From Candidatus Micrarchaeota archaeon (GTDB taxonomy: Archaea > B1Sed10-29 > B47-G15), in the NCBI GenBank assembly GCA_003660975.1, contig QMVG01000005.1:9963-73962 (forward strand): 64,000 nt of DNA, written 5' to 3'. Position 1 is the stretch's first letter. The number at the start of each line of letters is the position of its first letter. Position numbers and translations under genes: made by a program. Shown in pieces: positions 57,700 to 64,000 of the stretch. The notes beneath the pieces were generated by a model. It saw only the letters and a list, made by a program, of their open reading frames with translations, did no database searches and was not told the DNA's origin.

Positions 57700-58530
57700 A
57701 TGCCAACTAATGTCAGTGCAGAGTATTTAGCAGCCCAGAAAAAATATGAAGAAGCAAGAACGCTAAAGGAAAAAGTAACTGCTTTGCAGGAAATGCTAAG
57801 AGAAGCACCAAAGCATAAGGGAGCTGAAAAGCTGAGGGCAGAGTTGGGAAAGAGATTGGCAAGAATGAAAGAGGAATTAAAAAAAGAAAAGCAAAGAAAG
57901 AAAGGCAGAAGGAGCTTGGCTGTAAAAAAACAGGGCTTTCAGATATGCATAATAGGAAGCCCAAATACAGGAAAGAGCACGCTTCTTAAAAAACTGACGA
58001 ATGCAAATCCAAAAATAGCAGGCTATCCCTTCACAACTACAAAACCAGAAGTAGGCATGATGGAATCTAAAGGCGCTCTGATACAGGTAGTCGAAATACC
58101 TGCCTTGGAAAGAGGAGCTGCTGACAAGCAGGCAGAGCTGCTTTCAATTGTAATGAACACAGATGGCATAATTATGATAACAAGGAATCAAGACGAGCAG
58201 GATATCTTGCAGCGTGAGTTAGATGAATTTGGGATAAAAAAGCCGACAATCTACCTAAGGTACAAGGAAGAGATAGACAAAGAGGACATAGTCAAGTTTT
58301 TCAAATTGATAAGAGTATACACAAAAGAACCAGGAGAAGATGCAGACATGGAAAGGGCTTTATTGCTAAAAGAGGGGGCCACAGTATTGGACGCTGCTAA
58401 GAAAATCCACAAGGACTTTTATAAAAACCTCAAATTCGCCAGGGTTTGGGGTTCTTCAAAATTTCCAGGCCAGCGCGTTGAAAAAGAGTATAAACTCAAA
58501 GACGGCGACATAGTTGAGTTCCATATTTGA
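57700..58530 (+). CDS. DRG/OBG-related GTPase with TGS domain (short form)
   Basis: PKHKG.E, GSPNTGKST, YPFTT, YTK.PG, ARVWG.SKFPGQ.V. Confidence 0.88.
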   Translation: MPTNVSAEYLAAQKKYEEARTLKEKVTALQEMLREAPKHKGAEKLRAELGKRLARMKEELKKEKQRKKGRRSLAVKKQGFQICIIGSPNTGKSTLLKKLTNANPKIAGYPFTTTKPEVGMMESKGALIQVVEIPALERGAADKQAELLSIVMNTDGIIMITRNQDEQDILQRELDEFGIKKPTIYLRYKEEIDKEDIVKFFKLIRVYTKEPGEDADMERALLLKEGATVLDAAKKIHKDFYKNLKFARVWGSSKFPGQRVEKEYKLKDGDIVEFHI

Positions 58531-58610
58531 ATTCCTATGAGAATTACAATTCCAGTTAGAATAAAGACAGGGGTAGTAACTTTAAATTTAAAGAAATTCT
58601 TGATTGTACT

Positions 58611-59363
58611 ATGCTAGGAAAAGACCACATGAGTTTATCCTTTTTAACAGCTTTAATGGTTTCGCTTCCTCTGTATTTGGGCCAGGTAATAGGTAGTGAT
58701 ATTCTCATATGCTTTATTTTCACTGTAATAATCGGTTCTCTATTACCTGACACTGATTGTAACGGGACTCCGTTATTGTATTGGAAATTTGGTCCGCTGT
58801 ATTATCTAATGAAAGTATTGGTATTTCCGAGCACCAAGTTTGTATTAAAATTCATTATAGAAAAAAGAGATATGTGCAACTTATATAGTGAAGAGATAAA
58901 TGATGAACATAGAGGAATTATGCACTCCCCTGCAGGTATTATAACCAGTAGCGCTTTGTTAACAATTTTTATTGCTTTATTTCTTTATGTACTTGGTTAT
59001 TTCCATATTATTTATACTTTTGTTGCTTTTCTGGGTTTCTTTGGTGGACAATTCCTCCATTTATTGCAAGATACTTGCACAAAGTCAGGTGTCAATTGGG
59101 GTTACCCTTTTACAAATAATCTTCTAAGAGGAGACATCTCAACCTTCAGAAAACAAGGGGAACAAGTTGATGGAAGACTTAAGGAGTTTCAAGCGATCTT
59201 ATTTTCAGGTATAATTTTCGTTATAGCTATTTATTCTTATAGTAATAAAAATTTTTTCATATACCTGTATCCTGTTATCATATTGATAAGTATGCTTATT
59301 TGGATTTATATCTTATGGAGAGCAAATGTTTTTAGTGAACATATAGCAGCGAAAACTTTATAA
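58611..59363 (+). CDS. Membrane-bound metal-dependent hydrolase (YdjM-like)
   Basis: G..H, GSLLPD.D, HRGIMHS, HLLQD..T..G..W.YP; low-GC gene. Confidence 0.82.
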   Translation: MLGKDHMSLSFLTALMVSLPLYLGQVIGSDILICFIFTVIIGSLLPDTDCNGTPLLYWKFGPLYYLMKVLVFPSTKFVLKFIIEKRDMCNLYSEEINDEHRGIMHSPAGIITSSALLTIFIALFLYVLGYFHIIYTFVAFLGFFGGQFLHLLQDTCTKSGVNWGYPFTNNLLRGDISTFRKQGEQVDGRLKEFQAILFSGIIFVIAIYSYSNKNFFIYLYPVIILISMLIWIYILWRANVFSEHIAAKTL

Positions 59364-59411
59364 ATCAGGTGTTTTTTTCTTTTAACCCTGTTAGCAAGAT
59401 AGGGATGCCCT

Positions 59412-59600
59412 ATGAAAGTCCTGAAAAATGGGAAAGAGTTCATAGTTAAGATTGAGGAACCCTTAGAGGAATTTATGAATAGGGGGATGACTGATAGGAT
59501 AATAGGCATTGACAGTCTTGAGGCCCGTGTGGTGGCAGGGCATATAAAAATGAGGGCAATAAAAGACAACCTGTATTCTTTCAGATGGAACAAAATATAG
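59412..59600 (+). CDS. Small hypothetical protein
   Basis: 62-aa ORF with genome-like composition. Confidence 0.45.
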   Translation: MKVLKNGKEFIVKIEEPLEEFMNRGMTDRIIGIDSLEARVVAGHIKMRAIKDNLYSFRWNKI

Positions 59601-59679
59601 CAAGGATAGAAAATAAAATTAGAAGGGTAAGCGCCAAAGGCGCCCCCTGCCTGCTCAAAAAGACAATGGTTTAAGACAC

Positions 59680-60078
59680 TTACCTGCGTCTCCTTTTAGA
59701 CCTTTTCTTCGTGCTCTTCTTCCTGGAGGATTTCTTCTTGGATTTCTTAGATTTCTTTGCTTTCTTCTTTACCTTTTTCTTCTTTGCCTTCTTCTTCACT
59801 GCTTTCTTCTTTGGCTTCTCAATCTTCTGGATTCCTATCTTCCTTACATTTGGCTTCCATACTGTGGATGACATCCACTCTGGCCTCTCAAATGGTGCAG
59901 GCACTTTCTTCCTGGAACCCTTGTAGATGTGGATCTTGTTTGTTCCTCTTTCTCTTAATCTAATGTCTGTGTATCCTCTGCTTGCTGCTTTAAGAGCTGC
60001 CTGTCTTGGCTGTCTGCCTGTAAAGACAGATACCTCTTTTCCTCCTCTTATCAGCACGAAGTATCTCTTCCCTGCCAA
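59680..60078 (-). CDS. Chromosomal protein MC1 with Lys-rich C-terminal tail
   Basis: FTGRQPRQAALKAA.RG, I.LRERGT.K.H.Y.G, P.WM...WKPNV.K; TTG start after GGAGGTG. Confidence 0.9.
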   Translation of the reverse strand: MAGKRYFVLIRGGKEVSVFTGRQPRQAALKAASRGYTDIRLRERGTNKIHIYKGSRKKVPAPFERPEWMSSTVWKPNVRKIGIQKIEKPKKKAVKKKAKKKKVKKKAKKSKKSKKKSSRKKSTKKRSKRRRR

Positions 60079-60219
60079 ATATAGCACCTCCGCTTTTGTT
60101 TTCAGCAACAGTCGTTGCCATGCGTAATAAATCATAACTAGTATTTAAACTTATCACTTGGCCAAAACGGTTTTTCACTACACCGCAAGGAAAAATTGGA
60201 AGGGGCGGATAATGCTTAG

Positions 60220-60582
60220 TATAGAAAGATTTTTAAACATCTTGATGGAGGAATTGATCTTTTATTTGATGCAGGCTTCAAGTCAGGTTATAACCTGTTA
60301 GCATATAACAAAGGAAATGAAGACCTTTCTTTTTCTATGATCTCAAAAGTATTTGGGGCGATAGGTTGGGGCGACATAATGATCAAAAAAGAGGGAGGAA
60401 CGATGGAGGCTCTAATAAATTATTTTCCATGGACGCCGTATTCAAGTAATTCTGTTATTTTTAGAGGTTTATTATCTGGAGCTATATCTTACTTGGAGGA
60501 TAGACGTGTTCTTTTGTCTCTAAAAGGTAAAAATTTAAATAAAGGATATCTGGCTATTAGACTGGAGGAGGGCAAAACTTGA
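60220..60582 (+). pseudogene. V4R-like domain fragment lacking a clear start
   Basis: Open frame after TAG 60217-60219: LFDAGFKSG...GWG...FRGLLSGAIS; first ATG only at 60337. Confidence 0.45.
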
Positions 60583-61442
60583 ACAGAAAAATATTGCTAG
60601 CGTATATTGGGACTACTAGGCCCATTCTGGTTTTAGGTAGTATCTTTTATTTAAGTCTAGGAATAATTCTCGCTGATATCAAATGCACTGATATAAATCT
60701 GTGGCTGTTGTATTTAACCTCAATTTTCATCACTGCTTCTGTGTATTCATTTAATTGGTGGACTGACTTTATAGAAGACAATCTTAATGAGACCTTACCA
60801 TACCTCACTAAGAGATATATTCAACCAAAAAAAGTTATTTTGTTATCATTATTCAGTTTGGTACTTGCTTCAATTTTTGGTTTCTATTTACGTCCTTATA
60901 TACTAGCAATAGTATGGACTATATTTTGTCTAGGAATTGTTTACTCTTATCCTATGTTTAAAAACTTACGTTTAAAAAATATTTTGGGGGCCAAAAATGT
61001 TGTAATTGCTTGTGGATGGAGTCTTGGCGCAATTATGCCCTTGATGTTAGTTGAAGCGTTTAGTAGGTACCCTATTCTTATATTATGGTTATTTGTCTTC
61101 TTGCAGGTCTTTATAGGAAGTGTAATACGAGATATAAAAGACATGAAAGGAGATATTAGAGCGAATGTGAAAACATTCCCCACAATGTGGAAAAGAAAAA
61201 AAGTATACAACTTCTTACATGCTGTAAATATTTTCTCAGTATTTTTACTGTTTTTCGCAGTATACTTTAAATTAGTTCCTTTATTTTTTATTTCTCTAAC
61301 AATCGGCAATATATGGAGGTATTTCAATATAGAATATACTTACAAAAAAAACAAGTATATTAACTTTATTTACGAAGAAATGAACATATATACTGGTCTA
61401 ATATTCGCTGTCTCTTTTTTGATGGGCAAGTATCTACTATGA
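60579..61442 (+). CDS. UbiA-family prenyltransferase
   Basis: RP, N..D..ED..N, YS.P...LK, RDIKD..GD...KT.P; multiple TM helices; low GC. Confidence 0.88.
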   Translation: MNRKILLAYIGTTRPILVLGSIFYLSLGIILADIKCTDINLWLLYLTSIFITASVYSFNWWTDFIEDNLNETLPYLTKRYIQPKKVILLSLFSLVLASIFGFYLRPYILAIVWTIFCLGIVYSYPMFKNLRLKNILGAKNVVIACGWSLGAIMPLMLVEAFSRYPILILWLFVFLQVFIGSVIRDIKDMKGDIRANVKTFPTMWKRKKVYNFLHAVNIFSVFLLFFAVYFKLVPLFFISLTIGNIWRYFNIEYTYKKNKYINFIYEEMNIYTGLIFAVSFLMGKYLL

Positions 61443-61487
61443 AAAGTCCTGAAAACATTTATATAAGCTCTCTGCTTAATTATTGCA

Positions 61488-61955
61488 ATGGCGCACAGAA
61501 GAGATCCGAAAACAGGGATGAAAAAAAGAAAGGCAAGGCCGAATAATATAAGCGCTCGGCCAGGGTCTATGAAAGCAGAGTATATGAGAAACAGGACAAG
61601 AGAACAACTTTCGCCAGAGGAAACTCAGATTATGGTCATTAATCACTTGATGAGTACTCTCTTCAGACCTCGCAGGATTCCCTTATCAGAAGTCCTGGAG
61701 AGAATAGGAAAAGCTGCGGAAAAAAGCCAGAAGAGAAGGGAAAAAGCATGGTTGATGGAAAACCTAATGCTAAACGGTGTACCAAAAAAAGTTTTAAGAA
61801 AGCATGAGGAAGACATAAAAAGGCTGCAAAACTTCTATGAATTCCTTCGTGATCCAAGAATTTCAAAAGAAAACAGAAAAGCAATATGGAGGGAAATAAA
61901 CGAAATAGTTGCATCAATAAAAAAAGATATTGGGGAGACACATGAGAAGAGGTAA
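61488..61955 (+). CDS. Hypothetical basic protein
   Basis: 155-aa ORF with own TATA; begins MAHRRDPKTGMKKRKARP. Confidence 0.6.
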   Translation: MAHRRDPKTGMKKRKARPNNISARPGSMKAEYMRNRTREQLSPEETQIMVINHLMSTLFRPRRIPLSEVLERIGKAAEKSQKRREKAWLMENLMLNGVPKKVLRKHEEDIKRLQNFYEFLRDPRISKENRKAIWREINEIVASIKKDIGETHEKR

Positions 61956-62621
61956 GAAGATAATAGAGGGCAATGAATACATGAGAACTATTAGAGAGAT
62001 GGAAGAAAAAAAGATCGCCTTTCACAAAAGCACAGCAACAAAGGCAATAAGAGATGAGGATGTGCTGTCCATCCTAAAAAGAAGAGTTATACCAGAGTTG
62101 AAAAAGAAGAACAAGGTTCTTGTATACGACATTGGTGCAGGCATTTCAGAACTTGAAGGAAAAAATCATCGCCCAACCATATGAGTTGGCCATGTTGATG
62201 AAAAGGCAAGGTCTGGAAAATTTCATAGTGAAAGTTCTTAGAAGGAAAAGTAAGGAAAAGAGAATCGTCATCAGGCAACACAATTCTAAAGATTGATATT
62301 CTTGAGGAAATAAAAAACAAAATCTCTTTTGTTCATGGTATTGATTCTGTTAGAGCATTGCCTATTAAGAGAGGAGACTTAATCGTAGCGAAAAATGTAC
62401 TACCTGAAGATGAGAGATTACAGAGAATTATGCTGGGAAATTGGATACAGTAGCTGAGAAAAGACTCCTTTTTGATTGTGAAAACACAACATATCAAGAG
62501 CTTTAAGAAACTAATAAAAGAGTTGGAAAAACATCAGAAAGAGTTTGGGATAAAAATCATAGAAAAGGAAAGAAATCACACGGTGCTCATAAAGAAAATT
62601 GAAGATGTGGAGATTATCTAA
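61942..62621 (+). pseudogene. Disrupted CheR-like SAM methyltransferase
   Basis: Pieces in three frames: VYDIGAGIS / PYELAMLM / EEIKNKISFV..GDLIVAKNVL...Q*LRKDSFLIV; in-frame TAG at 62451-62453. Confidence 0.6.
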
Positions 62622-62644
62622 GCTTCTGATTCTTTAGAACAAGC

Positions 62645-62758
62645 GAAAAAGCAGGGGCAAAAGAGCTGAGGACTTATGCGTCTCAATTAATGATGGAGGT
62701 GGTTGCCCCTGCTACGCCCTGAAGGATAAGTGAAATTCACTCACCCTACCTGCGCAGG
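62645..62758 (-). ncRNA. Candidate structured small RNA divergent from the rRNA promoter
   Basis: Minus-strand TTTTTATA at ~62784-62777; stems AGGGTGAGTGAA/TTCACTTATCCT and AGCAGGGGCAA/TTGCCCCTGCT; U-tract end. Confidence 0.45.
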
Positions 62759-62822
62759 AAAATTAAACATTCAAAATATAAAAAGTTTTCTTAACTGCCA
62801 AAGGTTAAGCTTCTCTTGCAAT

Positions 62823-62837
62823 CAAAAGCTTTATAAA
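62823..62837 (+). promoter_or_regulatory. rRNA promoter (BRE + TATA)
   Basis: CAAAAGC-TTTATAAA about 300 nt upstream of the 16S start. Confidence 0.65.
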
Positions 62838-63134
62838 GGCGTGTAAATAAAATAATAGACGAGTCCAATTAAACAATGAGGTGCTGTCCGGCACTGATTT
62901 TTGTTTAAGTTGAGAGAGCTACAATTTGTAGTTCAGATATCTTCTCCAATTATTTATAGACAACCCAGACGCAATTACCCTCTTTTGAGGCGAGCGTCTT
63001 GAACAAAAATATATTTTGAATCAGCAGTATATATTATGTTCATCAATCTACAAATCACGCTCATGAGGACCAGAGTATCTTTGGTCTGATGTAAGCCCGA
63101 TAGAGATGAGTAAATCCTGTGGGATCCTCCACCA

Positions 63135-64000
<866 letters not shown>

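Noticed and set aside
1738-61327. Many short antisense ORFs rich in S/F/L/I
   Set aside because: Shadow frames of real genes on the opposite strand, with no motifs or independent signals
60217-62453. In-frame TAG codons as pyrrolysine or stop-codon recoding
   Set aside because: TAG ends intact genes here (rnhB, tatD, Lsm), and the CheR-like gene also has frameshifts, so decay is the simpler explanation
62660-62725. 5S rRNA resemblance (TAGCAGGGGCAACCACC on the minus strand)
   Set aside because: Lacks the conserved CCGAAC and GAAGTTAAG motifs and the terminal helix

Overview
This 64-kb window is a gene-dense, A+T-rich archaeal chromosome segment. It has TATA/BRE promoters, GGAGGTG-type SD sites and archaeal-type TPI, GAPDH, exosome, thermosome and 16S rRNA. 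Compact genes, a divergent 16S and many Lys/Arg-rich orphans suggest a DPANN-type lineage (inference only). Contents in order: a glycogen plus upper/mid glycolysis cluster with two PfkB kinases and two DUF5752 genes (0.5-10.2 kb); surface proteins, Trm1 and RNase HII; thermosome and Hsp20; a DUF72/DJ-1/LigD-phosphoesterase/HAD operon; tRNA-Cys with cysS, ileS, valS, proS and aIF5A; a TatD-NYN-DUF2226-MinD-Lsm run ending at tRNA-Ala and a repeat cluster; tRNA thiolation genes; the proteasome/exosome/RNase P superoperon; tandem PRC-barrel genes; a frameshifted pepQ; PAP2-DedA; SufT-SufC-SufB; MC1 with a histone-H1-like tail; two low-GC inserts; a CheR-like pseudogene; and the 5' part of 16S rRNA. 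The most notable unexplained signals are an SD-sequestering hairpin plus a palindromic operator upstream of hsp20, three promoter-bearing structured intergenic RNAs, a PPP-to-PPV change in ValRS, a tRNA nested in an HTH ORF next to its synthetase, and a set of basic-N-terminus orphan proteins. All calls come from motif recognition by eye; no database searches or folding programs were run.
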